The notes under the pieces: generated by a model | Seen by the model: the letters and a program-made list of their open reading frames with translations, nothing else | Database searches by the model: none | What the model was told of the DNA's origin: nothing | Made by a program: the position numbers and the translations under genes | Source: Myxococcota bacterium | GTDB lineage: Bacteria; Myxococcota_A; UBA9160; UBA4427 | DNA: 64,000 nucleotides | Direction of reading: 5' to 3' | Assembly (NCBI GenBank): GCA_041389445.1 | Contig: JAWKRW010000005.1 | Location: 242,243-306,242, forward strand | Shown here: positions 17,426-25,842 of the stretch, piece after piece | Position numbering within the stretch: the first letter of the stretch is position 1 | Layout of the letters: each line of letters begins with the position of its first letter

Positions 17426-18286
17426 TCATGGGGAGGACGCGTCATTCGAGGTCCGGATTCCGCGCGTCGATCCGAAGGGCACGTCGCCGGCCAGCATGAC
17501 GCGATGCATGACGCGGCGCTCGCGGTAGTCGGCCACCGCGTAGTGTTGCGTACGGCGGTTGTCCCAGAAGGCGATCGAGTCGCGACGCCAGCGGAAGCGA
17601 CACTGGAGTTCGGGCTGCTTGACGTGCTCGTAGAGGCGCCGGAGCAGGGATTCGCTCTCGGCTTCGGGCAGTCCGACGATGCGGTCGACCCAATTGGGAC
17701 TGACGAAGAGGAGCTTGCGTTTCGTCTCGGGATGCACGCGGACGATCGGGTGGACGACGGGCGGCGCGATCTGCCGGTCGCGGGCGTAGGCGTTGTCGAG
17801 GCGCTCGACGAGGGCCATCACGCGGGTCGCCGAGTGCTCGGCCGAGAGACCGTCGAGGCGCGCGCGCAGATCGGGCTCGAGCGCGTCGTAGGCCGCGGCC
17901 ATGTCGGCCCAGAGCGTGTCGCCGCCGCAGGCCGGGACGTGGACCGCTCGCAGGATCGCGCCCATGGGCGGGGTCGGCATGAAGGTGCTGTCGGCATGCC
18001 AGACGTCGGTGCCCGAGCCCTTCGGATTCGACTGATCGACGACGGTCAGGCCGGGCGTCTCGGTCGACTTGTTTTCGAAGACGGGGAGCTGGATCTCGCC
18101 GAAGTGGCGCGCGAAGCGGATCTGGTCTTCGGGCTCGATCGCCTGGTCGCGGAAGAAGAGCACGCCATGCTCGAGCCAGGCGCGGCGGACCGCTGCGACG
18201 GTCCTCGCGTCGAGGTCGGCCCGCAGGTCGATGCCCCGGATCTCGGCGCCGATCGTCGGCGTCAGGGGTCGGATGTCGAGCGTCAC
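17426..18286 (-). CDS. TauD/TfdA-family Fe(II)/2-oxoglutarate dioxygenase
   Basis: Family motifs are present: WHADSTF (the HxD iron ligands), VHPETKRKLLFV and WDNRRTQHYAV. GTG 18286 is preceded by GGGAGG. The ORF is open to 18319. Confidence 0.9.
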   Translation of the reverse strand: MTLDIRPLTPTIGAEIRGIDLRADLDARTVAAVRRAWLEHGVLFFRDQAIEPEDQIRFARHFGEIQLPVFENKSTETPGLTVVDQSNPKGSGTDVWHADSTFMPTPPMGAILRAVHVPACGGDTLWADMAAAYDALEPDLRARLDGLSAEHSATRVMALVERLDNAYARDRQIAPPVVHPIVRVHPETKRKLLFVSPNWVDRIVGLPEAESESLLRRLYEHVKQPELQCRFRWRRDSIAFWDNRRTQHYAVADYRERRVMHRVMLAGDVPFGSTRGIRTSNDASSP

Positions 18287-18332
18287 GCAGGCCTCCCACC
18301 GAGCGGGGGGCGGGACCATCCCGGCCGCGCGC

Positions 18333-20426
18333 TCAGGGCATCGGATCGGATCCGTTCCAGAGCGTGCCGAAGACGATCGGTAGCCGCTCGTCGCCCTGCT
18401 CGAAGCCGACGAGGACCTCGTCGCCGATTTCGGGCACGCGCGCGCTCCCGAGGTTCCCGATCGCCTGGGCGACCCGGACCCAGGCGCTCGAGCGCTCGTC
18501 GGTCGAGCCGCTGCGATCCCAGAGGAAGCGCACGCGGATGCGGCCGAGCGAGTCGGTGAAGACGGTCTCGCCGGCGGGGCCCGTCACGATCGCGGTCTGG
18601 ATCGCGGGGATGCTGGGCCGCGGCGTCAACGCGGGCGGGCGGTAGGTCTTCGTCGAAGGAATCGCTTCGAACGCGTTGGCGTAGCCGTAGCAGCGGCGGG
18701 TCTCGTCATAGAGGGCGACGTGGTCGACGCGGATCGCGACGAAGTTGCCGCCGAGGCCGTTGGCGGTCGCGTCGGTGGCGCGGAAGACGTGGCCACCGCG
18801 GAGTCCGGGCAGGTTGCTCGTGCCGACGGCCACGTGCGACGCGAGCTCGGCTCGGCTCGCGACGACGGTCGCGCGTGCGGCCGTCTCGGCCGAATCGGGC
18901 TCGGCGACCGCGTACTGGTAGATCTCGCCCGTCGCGCCGAGGCCGGCGCGAACGACGGTGCTCTGGACGACGATCCCGCCCGGGTCGGCGAGCGAGAAGC
19001 CACGGATCGTCGCGCGCTCGCTGTAGGAGCGGTGGAGTCGGGCCAGCGAGGTGAAGCGGTTCGACGCGACCGAAGGACCGGCGAGGTGGCCGCCGTAGGT
19101 TCCGGTCGGACCCGAGCCGTAGCCGGCCGTGGAGTCGCCGAGGACCATCTGGCCCGCCGCGTTCGCGTAGTAGTAGATGCCCTCCTCCTCGAGCAGCCGA
19201 CTGACGAAATCAAGGGCCGTCTCGTCGTACTGCATCGCGAACTCGAGCGTCGGCGGGTTGCCCGCGATGTTGGCGGCGAGGCCCGAGGCAGGCAGACCGG
19301 CGTCGTCGAAGACGAGCTGGACGAGGTCGGGCGCGTTCGAGCCCTGACGGATCGAATAGCCGGCGTGGAGTCGCAGCCGCGCGGCAGCGGGCTCGATGCG
19401 GACGAGATAGGTCGTCAGCCCCGCGTCGGACGCGACCGGACCGAACTCGGTCACGACGCCCGTGAAGGTTTCCGTCAGTCCGCCGCGCGTGATCGTCGAT
19501 GCGGCGCCCTGGTCGATGAAGCCGCTCTCCGAGAGTCCGGCGGAGGCCTGGAAGAGGACGGCACGGAACGGCATCTGGGACATCGCGTCGCGCCCCAGGA
19601 TCGCGACGACACCGGTCTGCACCTTGCCGCCGACGGCCAGCCCGACCGTCGCGCCCTCGCCCGTGAGCGAGCAGTCGCCCTGGATGGGCAGATCGAAGGG
19701 CAGCCCATCCCGCAGCTCGGGCACGCGTGCGAGATCGGCGAGGTCCTGCACCGCCGCACCGCGCGCCTCGCCCGGCAGCCCGCGATCGCCCTTCGCCCCC
19801 GTCGCACCCGGCGGTCCGGTCGGGCCTGTCGGCCCGGTCGGACCAGCAGGCCCCGCCGGACCCTGCGCCCCGGTCGCGCCAGGCGGGCCGGCCGGCCCCG
19901 CCGGTCCGATCGGGCCTTCGGGGCCCGCCACCGGATCCGCACAGATCCAGGTTCCCGCGATCTGGCGCAGGCTCTGCCCTTCGCCGCAGAGGGGCGCCAG
20001 GCGATCCGGAGCGAGGGCGCCGACCGCGACGTCGTCGGCCACTGCGGCGCGCAGCGCGTAGGCGTCGCTCGCGAGTCGCACGCGGGGCGCCAACGGATCG
20101 CCGCCGACGACGATCTCGAGCCAGCGCTCGAGCCCGTCGAGCAGATCCGGCGAGAGGGGCGTCAGGCTGCCGAGCTCGAGCGACACGAGCCCGCCCGCGA
20201 CGGGGACGGCCGCATGTGTCTCCTCCCAGAGGAAGTTGTCGCCCGTCGCGTCGTCGTAGATCCGGAACCGCAGGTCGACGGCGCCGTCGAGGAGCTGGCC
20301 GGTCGCGTCGCGAACGACCGCTTGATAGTGGAGCAACGCGGGAGTCGTCGCGCGCGTGGCCGCGGCCGGGAGGAGGAGCGCGAGCGCGAGCAGGAGCATG
20401 GGGATCGGGCGGATGCGGTCTGTCAT
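18333..20426 (-). CDS. Secreted chimeric protein: signal peptide, N-terminal domain, collagen-like GXY tract, VgrG-like gp27 plus gp5-OB module (no beta-helical spike)
   Basis: ATG 20426 gives [26 protein letters not shown]. 18 GXY triplets follow. VgrG hallmarks then appear: [40 protein letters not shown] and [52 protein letters not shown]. The start overlaps the upstream stop as ATGA. Confidence 0.85.
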   Translation of the reverse strand: MTDRIRPIPMLLLALALLLPAAATRATTPALLHYQAVVRDATGQLLDGAVDLRFRIYDDATGDNFLWEETHAAVPVAGGLVSLELGSLTPLSPDLLDGLERWLEIVVGGDPLAPRVRLASDAYALRAAVADDVAVGALAPDRLAPLCGEGQSLRQIAGTWICADPVAGPEGPIGPAGPAGPPGATGAQGPAGPAGPTGPTGPTGPPGATGAKGDRGLPGEARGAAVQDLADLARVPELRDGLPFDLPIQGDCSLTGEGATVGLAVGGKVQTGVVAILGRDAMSQMPFRAVLFQASAGLSESGFIDQGAASTITRGGLTETFTGVVTEFGPVASDAGLTTYLVRIEPAAARLRLHAGYSIRQGSNAPDLVQLVFDDAGLPASGLAANIAGNPPTLEFAMQYDETALDFVSRLLEEEGIYYYANAAGQMVLGDSTAGYGSGPTGTYGGHLAGPSVASNRFTSLARLHRSYSERATIRGFSLADPGGIVVQSTVVRAGLGATGEIYQYAVAEPDSAETAARATVVASRAELASHVAVGTSNLPGLRGGHVFRATDATANGLGGNFVAIRVDHVALYDETRRCYGYANAFEAIPSTKTYRPPALTPRPSIPAIQTAIVTGPAGETVFTDSLGRIRVRFLWDRSGSTDERSSAWVRVAQAIGNLGSARVPEIGDEVLVGFEQGDERLPIVFGTLWNGSDPMP
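19765..19926 (-). repeat. Collagen-like triple-helix repeat coding tract (18 x G-X-Y)
   Basis: [54 protein letters not shown], read in the frame of the 18333..20426 CDS. Confidence 0.85.
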
Positions 20427-20953
20427 GGGTTCGGCTCCCGGGCGAGGCGGCGCCAACGGATCGGACCGGCGCGACGAAGACCGGCGGACCGTCGAAGGCA
20501 GCCGGACCGTCGAAGGCCGGCGAGCAGGGCGAGGGCGAGCGGAAGCGCATGAGCCTGCGACGGCTCGGGCACGCTCTGGGCCGCGAGCACGCCGCCGATG
20601 CCGCCGACCCAGCGCGGATGGCCTCCGGCATCGACGAGTGCCGCGGAGCCCGCGGTCTGGCCGAGACTCACGGCCTGCTGCGCGTTCGTCGAGCCGGTCC
20701 AGCTCGCTCCGCCGCCGTCGACGCCGGGCGCGATCAGCTCCTGCGCCGTCGCCGAGCCGCTCGCGAGCAGGCCGATCCCGAGTCCGATCCCGATGCCGAG
20801 GGCGAGCCCGAGCGCGCGCGCTGTGCGGATCGTGCGGCCGAGGCCGGGCGCGCACCGCTCTCGGGCGAAGAGCGATCCCCCGCGGACGGCTGCGCGAACC
20901 GGCCTGCGGCGTGCGGATCGAGCGCTGGAGCCGAGGTCGGATCGGATCGGCAT
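20423..20953 (-). CDS. Small PEP-CTERM protein with an expanded basic tail
   Basis: Signal-like segment [26 protein letters not shown], a short Gly/Ala-rich mature part, then [23 protein letters not shown]. The tail carries (GLRRSG)(CLRRSA)(GLRRAG), encoded by an 18-bp x3 repeat at 20465-20518. Confidence 0.6.
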   Translation of the reverse strand: MPIRSDLGSSARSARRRPVRAAVRGGSLFARERCAPGLGRTIRTARALGLALGIGIGLGIGLLASGSATAQELIAPGVDGGGASWTGSTNAQQAVSLGQTAGSAALVDAGGHPRWVGGIGGVLAAQSVPEPSQAHALPLALALLAGLRRSGCLRRSAGLRRAGPIRWRRLAREPNP

Positions 20954-20963
20954 AGCAGCGATC

Positions 20964-22031
20964 CTAACAGGAACCGATCGGTGGGCGGAAGCGGGAAGGC
21001 GGACGCCGCGCGCGACCCGGCGTCGCCGCGAGCAGGAGGAGCAGGCCGCCCGCGACCAGGCCGCCGCCGATGGCCGGCTCGGGGAGATAGGCCGTGACGC
21101 CGTCGACGCCGGTGCAGATCAGGCTCGCATGGGACGTCCAGTGCATCGTGCCCGTGAAGGACGCGAAGTCGGAGGCGATCGTGAGGGGGTTGTCGTTGGC
21201 GTCGAAGACCGTGAGATCGCCGCCCGACTCGCGGATGGCGAGCCCGAGGCGGATCGTCTGGCCCGAGACGCGACCGCGGATCCGGGTCTGGCCGAAGTCG
21301 ACCGGGACGGTGAACTCGACGAGCGGCCCCGACTGCTCGATCGTGACCGGAACGACGACCGGCGTCGGATCGATCGGATCGCAGGTATCGCCCGTCTGCA
21401 CGGCGGTCACCGTCCAATCGCTGCCGCTCAGGTTGCCGGGCGTGCCGGCGCCGGCGCGGCTGAAGGACCAGGTCTCGGTTCCGGCGCACGCCTCGGGCCA
21501 GTAGAACTCCCAGCCGAGCGTTCCGCTGAAGAGGTCGCCGGCGGCGTTGCGCGTGAGCGACGAGTCGGCCGGGTCGTAGAGCGTCGCCCCCCCGTCTTCG
21601 AAGACCTCGAAGCCGAGCTCGAGATCGGAGCCCGATCGCCTGCCCTCGATCGGCGTCTGACCGGGGAGACCGCCCGGTACGTCGACGGCGAAGAGACCGC
21701 CCGATTCGAGGATGTCGACCCCGTTCGCCTCGGCGGGGCCGAGCGGGTCGCCGCACGTGTTCGAGATCTCCTCGACCGTGATCTGCCAGCTGCCGGTGAG
21801 CGATTGGGCCGAGGCCAGGCTCGCGGCTCCCGCCGCGCCCACGACCAGCATGACGCCGAGGACGCCCGCGCGCGCGCCATGCCGCTTCGACCTCGTCTGC
21901 GGCGCCGCTCCGCCGTCTGCCTGCCCGGGCAGGGCCGATTCGCGATCGGGCATCCGCCGACGGCCTGGGGCGGCTTGGATCAGGGCGCGCAGATGATCCT
22001 GGGTGGATCGGGCGCGCAGGTCGGCGGCCAT
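20964..22031 (-). CDS. PEP-CTERM sorting domain protein
   Basis: Signal peptide AGVLGVMLVVGAAGAASLASAQS. C-terminus AYLPEPAIGGGLVAGGLLLLLAATPGRARR. GGAGGG lies upstream of ATG 22031. ATG 21953 is an alternative start. Confidence 0.75.
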   Translation of the reverse strand: MAADLRARSTQDHLRALIQAAPGRRRMPDRESALPGQADGGAAPQTRSKRHGARAGVLGVMLVVGAAGAASLASAQSLTGSWQITVEEISNTCGDPLGPAEANGVDILESGGLFAVDVPGGLPGQTPIEGRRSGSDLELGFEVFEDGGATLYDPADSSLTRNAAGDLFSGTLGWEFYWPEACAGTETWSFSRAGAGTPGNLSGSDWTVTAVQTGDTCDPIDPTPVVVPVTIEQSGPLVEFTVPVDFGQTRIRGRVSGQTIRLGLAIRESGGDLTVFDANDNPLTIASDFASFTGTMHWTSHASLICTGVDGVTAYLPEPAIGGGLVAGGLLLLLAATPGRARRPPSRFRPPIGSC

Positions 22032-22185
22032 GGAACCCTCCGATCTCCCCCCATGTCGCCATCATCTCCACCGCGATCGGATGCGTCAACCCGGAATCGC
22101 GCGCCTTCGCGCCCGTTCGCGCGTGACACCGGGAAGAATCGCCACGACGCCCGCGAGCGACGTCCACCCCGCCGGCTCCGGAACG

Positions 22186-23220
22186 TCACCGGGGTCGGTT
22201 CCAGCCTGGGCAGCCGCCGGATCGACGGGATCGACGGGCGGGTCCATCGGCGGCAGTCCGGCGTCGCCGGCGCAGTCCGGCCCAGTGGATCAGCAGTCCG
22301 CAGGCGGCAGATGAAGCGCAGAGGGCGTCGGGCTCGGGGAGATAGGTCTCGATGCGATCGATGCGCGCGCCGACCGAGGCCGCGGGCGCATCGTTGTTGG
22401 TCGAGGTCGTCACGAAGATGGCGTCCTCGAGGGCGTCGAGCGTGTCGAAGCTCGGATGGGTCGAAACCGGCGTCACGAAGAGCTCGTCTCCCACGCGCAG
22501 GCTGCCCTGGAGCTCGCGCACATCGAGGTCGAAGCGCAGCTCGATCTCGAAGGCGGCGCCCCCGCGAATCGCCGCATCGGCCGTCGGCGAGAGGAAGACC
22601 TGTTGATAGCCGCCGAGGATGCCCGGCCCGAGGTTGCTGATCGCGATGCGCAGCGAGCCGCTTCCGAACGAGAGCAGGTAGGCCGAGACGCCGTTGCCGA
22701 CGGTCAGATCGCGGAACGTCAGCGCGACCGTCTGGAAGGCGCCGTTGACGGGGTCGTTGGTGACGGAGTAGCCGTCGAAGCGGCCATAGAGGCCGATCGT
22801 GCCGGTCGACGGGGCGGGCCCGATCGCGAGCCGGGCCCCCGCGGACTGCAGATTCGCGGCGGAGCCGGGGGCCTCGACGACCGGGATCGAGAGGCCGCTT
22901 CCGTCGAAGGTCGGCGCGGAAGGCAGCGGATCGCCGAGCTGGAGCGCGTCGAGGCCTCCGAGGCCGTTCGAGTCGACGTCGGGGGTCGTCGGAAAGCCGG
23001 TTTCGCCCGTGAAATCCTCCACCCAGCCCGGCTCGCCGAGATCGTCGAGGAGGTCGACGGCCCGGGCGGTGGGGGCGATCGGCGCGAGGAGCAGGGCGCT
23101 GGCGAGGAGCCGTCCGAGTCGGCGTGACGTCGCGACCGAGGCGGCGAGACGGCCCACCCGATCGACGGCGCGGGGCATCGAGCTCGAGGTCGCGATCAGT
23201 CGCGGGTCAGGGTTCATCAT
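22186..23220 (-). CDS. PEP-CTERM sorting domain protein
   Basis: Signal-like segment RRLGRLLASALLLAPIAPTARA. C-terminus TYLPEPDALCASSAACGLLIHWAGLRRRRR. AAGGA lies upstream of ATG 23220. ATG 23178 is an alternative start, and the ORF is open to 23382. Confidence 0.75.
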   Translation of the reverse strand: MMNPDPRLIATSSSMPRAVDRVGRLAASVATSRRLGRLLASALLLAPIAPTARAVDLLDDLGEPGWVEDFTGETGFPTTPDVDSNGLGGLDALQLGDPLPSAPTFDGSGLSIPVVEAPGSAANLQSAGARLAIGPAPSTGTIGLYGRFDGYSVTNDPVNGAFQTVALTFRDLTVGNGVSAYLLSFGSGSLRIAISNLGPGILGGYQQVFLSPTADAAIRGGAAFEIELRFDLDVRELQGSLRVGDELFVTPVSTHPSFDTLDALEDAIFVTTSTNNDAPAASVGARIDRIETYLPEPDALCASSAACGLLIHWAGLRRRRRTAADGPARRSRRSGGCPGWNRPR

Positions 23221-23520
23221 CGACGTCCTTTCCAACTCATCGATCGGATGCATGCGTCGATCCCGGTGGATTAGTCGGACATAGCACGCGCCTCGGCGAT
23301 CGGCGATTCGGGGAGGGGATCGGGGCCCGACTCGCGGTCGACCTTCGACGCTCGGCGCCGATTCCCGAGATCCGAGCGGCATTTCGAGGACGCGAGTCGA
23401 AGCCGGTACGAGGTCGAGGGACCGATCGACCCGTCCGTCCGGCCGATTCCGTGGCGATCGGAGGCGCGCCCAGTCCGACTGCCGCTGGGCCCGGCGGGAC
23501 GGCCCCCCCGCCCCCGAATT

Positions 23521-23557
23521 GAGAATAGAATTCTCCTTTGACGAGAATCGGATTCTC
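23521..23557. promoter_or_regulatory. Two copies of a perfect 6-3-6 palindrome GAGAATnnnATTCTC (candidate repressor operators)
   Basis: gagaatagaattctc at 23521-23535 and gagaatcggattctc at 23543-23557, separated by ctttgac. They sit in a locally AT-rich patch 47 bp upstream of ATG 23604 and overlap a TTGACG hexamer. Confidence 0.6.
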
Positions 23558-23603
23558 TATTAGCGTCGGCCCTCGTCGCGCGTCGTCGCGCGGGAGGCAT
23601 CCC

Positions 23604-24791
23604 ATGCAGCTCGGCTACCGGCCCTTCGACGCGGACAACCACTACTACGAGCCCCTCGACGCCTTCACGCGTCATCAGCCGGCGAGCATGAAGCGGCGCG
23701 GTGTGCAGGTCATTCGCGAGGGCAAGCGCGCCTACGTCGTCGTCGCCGACCGGATCAGCCGCTTCATTCCGAATCCGACCTTCGACCCCGTGATCGAGCC
23801 CGGCTGCATCGAGCTGCTCTTCCGGGGCGAGATTCCGGAGGGCGTGGATCCGAGGACGCTCTACCGGATCGAGCCGATCCATCCCGAGTATCGCGATCGC
23901 GCGCGGCGACTCGAGGTGATGGACGCGCAGGGCCTCGCGGCCTCGTTGATGTTCCCGACGCTCGGCGTCGGCGTCGAGCAGGGGCTGCGCCACGATCCCG
24001 AAGCGACGATGGCCTGTCTCTCCGCCTTCAATCGCTGGCTGGAAGAGGACTGGGGCTTCGCCCATCAGGGCCGCATCTTCTCGGCGCCGCTGCTCTCGCT
24101 CGCCGATCCGGGGGCCGCGCTCGTCGAGCTCCGCTCGCTCCTCGATCGCGGTGCGCGCATCGTCCACGTCCGCCCCGCGCCCGTCCCCTCGGCGAGCGGG
24201 CCGCGCTCGCTCGGCCATCGCGAGCACGATCGCGTCTGGGGCGCGCTCGCCGAGGCGGGCGTCCCCATCGCCTTCCATCTCGGCGACAGCGGCTACCACA
24301 CGTACGCGGCGGCCTGGGGCGGGAAGGCCGACTTCGAGCCCTTCGGCGCGGCGGATCCGCTCGACGGCGTGCTGGTCGACGACCGCGCGATCTACGACAG
24401 CATGGCGTCGATGATCGTCCACGGCGTCTTCCATCGGCATCCGAACCTGCGCGTCGCGAGCGTCGAGAACGGCTCGGACTGGGTCGCGCTGCTCGTCAAG
24501 AAGCTGAAGAAGAAGGCGAACCAGATGCCCCAGGCCTTCCCCGAGGATCCGCTCGACGTGCTCCGCCGCAACGTCTGGGTCACGCCCTACTACGAAGAGG
24601 ATCTGCGAGCGCTCGCCGATCTGATCGGCGTCGAGAAGATCCTCTTCGGCTCCGACTGGCCGCACGGCGAGGGGCTCGCCGAGCCGCTTCAGTTCACGAA
24701 GGAGCTCCAGGGATTCTCGACCTCGGACGTGCGCAAGATCCTGCGCGACAACGTCCTCGAGCTGCTGGGCGACGTGAAGGTCGCCGACTGA
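23604..24791 (+). CDS. Amidohydrolase-2 family (ACMSD-like metal-dependent hydrolase/decarboxylase)
   Basis: ATG 23604 is preceded by GGGAGG. FDADNHYYEP is at the N-terminus and ..ILFGSDWPHGEG.. near the C-terminus, both typical of Amidohydro_2. Confidence 0.9.
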   Translation: MQLGYRPFDADNHYYEPLDAFTRHQPASMKRRGVQVIREGKRAYVVVADRISRFIPNPTFDPVIEPGCIELLFRGEIPEGVDPRTLYRIEPIHPEYRDRARRLEVMDAQGLAASLMFPTLGVGVEQGLRHDPEATMACLSAFNRWLEEDWGFAHQGRIFSAPLLSLADPGAALVELRSLLDRGARIVHVRPAPVPSASGPRSLGHREHDRVWGALAEAGVPIAFHLGDSGYHTYAAAWGGKADFEPFGAADPLDGVLVDDRAIYDSMASMIVHGVFHRHPNLRVASVENGSDWVALLVKKLKKKANQMPQAFPEDPLDVLRRNVWVTPYYEEDLRALADLIGVEKILFGSDWPHGEGLAEPLQFTKELQGFSTSDVRKILRDNVLELLGDVKVAD

Positions 24792-24888
24792 GCCGGTGGA
24801 CGGTCGGCCGACCTTCGCTCGACCTCCGTCCGGCCCTCGACGCCACCCGCCGCCCCCGCGCCTCGAACGATCGACGGAGAAAGCCCCG

Positions 24889-25734
24889 ATGACCTCGCCC
24901 GCGCGCGCCCATGATGGCCTCGTCAACGTCCACTTCGGCGACATGGAGCAGCCCGAGTGGATGCATCGCGTCAAGAACGAGACCTTCAAGCAGGCGGACT
25001 CGATCTTCGGCAAGTGGGAGATGGAGAGCGTCCTCGACGAGATGGACCGCAATGGCGTCGAGCGGGCGATCCTGACCGCGAGCCTGCGCGAGCCGAAGGG
25101 CTCGCCGATCCGCTTCGTCGAGGCCCGCCCGGACCGCTTCGCGCTCGCCGCCGGCGGCCTCGATCTGCTCCGGCCGATGCCGACGCTGCGCGAGCTCGAG
25201 GCCTTCGCGCGCAACCTCCCCGTCGCGACCGCCGTCGTCGGCCCCGCCTTCTGGGGAGACGGGCGCTACGACCCGAGCGACGCGGTCTACTACCCGCTCT
25301 ACACGAAGTGCTGCGAGCTCGATCTGCCGCTCTGCCTCAATACGGGATTGCCCGGCCCGCCGATCCCGGGCGAGGCGCAGAATCCGATCCATCTCGACCG
25401 GGTCTGCGTCCGCTTTCCCGAGCTCTGGCTCTGCATGATTCACGGCGCCGATCCTTGGTGGGAGATCGCGATCCGGTTGATGCTCAAGTATCCGCGGCTC
25501 CATCTCATGACCTCCGCCTGGGCGCCGAAGTACCTGCCCGAGTCGCTCCTCCACTTCATGCGCACGCGCGGCAAGCAGAAGGTCCTCTTCGCCTCGGACG
25601 CGCCGGTCCTCTCGATCACACGTACCGTCGGCGAGGCCCGCCGGCTCGCGCTCCCGCCGGAGGTTCTCGACGACTATCTCTACGGCAACGCGCAACGCTT
25701 CTTCTTCGACCGTCTCGCGCAGCGCCCGGGCTGA
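24889..25734 (+). CDS. Amidohydrolase-2 family protein
   Basis: ATG 24889 is preceded by GGAGA. Motifs are ..IHLDRVCVRFPELWLCMIHGADPW.. and ..VLFASDAP... Confidence 0.85.
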   Translation: MTSPARAHDGLVNVHFGDMEQPEWMHRVKNETFKQADSIFGKWEMESVLDEMDRNGVERAILTASLREPKGSPIRFVEARPDRFALAAGGLDLLRPMPTLRELEAFARNLPVATAVVGPAFWGDGRYDPSDAVYYPLYTKCCELDLPLCLNTGLPGPPIPGEAQNPIHLDRVCVRFPELWLCMIHGADPWWEIAIRLMLKYPRLHLMTSAWAPKYLPESLLHFMRTRGKQKVLFASDAPVLSITRTVGEARRLALPPEVLDDYLYGNAQRFFFDRLAQRPG

Positions 25735-25842
25735 AGGGCGAGCGGGTCGATCGCTCTGGTCGCGCGGCGCTGCCGACGCACGGCTTCGTCCCGAGACGGG
25801 CTTCGCCACCCCATCCCCCCATCCCCACCCGGAGAAACGCCA

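Noticed and set aside
18333-23220. Reading the VgrG-like gene as part of a type VI secretion or eCIS locus.
   Set aside because: No Hcp, sheath (TssB/C), baseplate (TssE/F/G/K), membrane complex, ClpV, PAAR or tail-tube genes are recognisable anywhere in the 64 kb. The protein also has a Sec signal peptide and lacks the spike beta-helix. The wider genome could still hold a T6SS.
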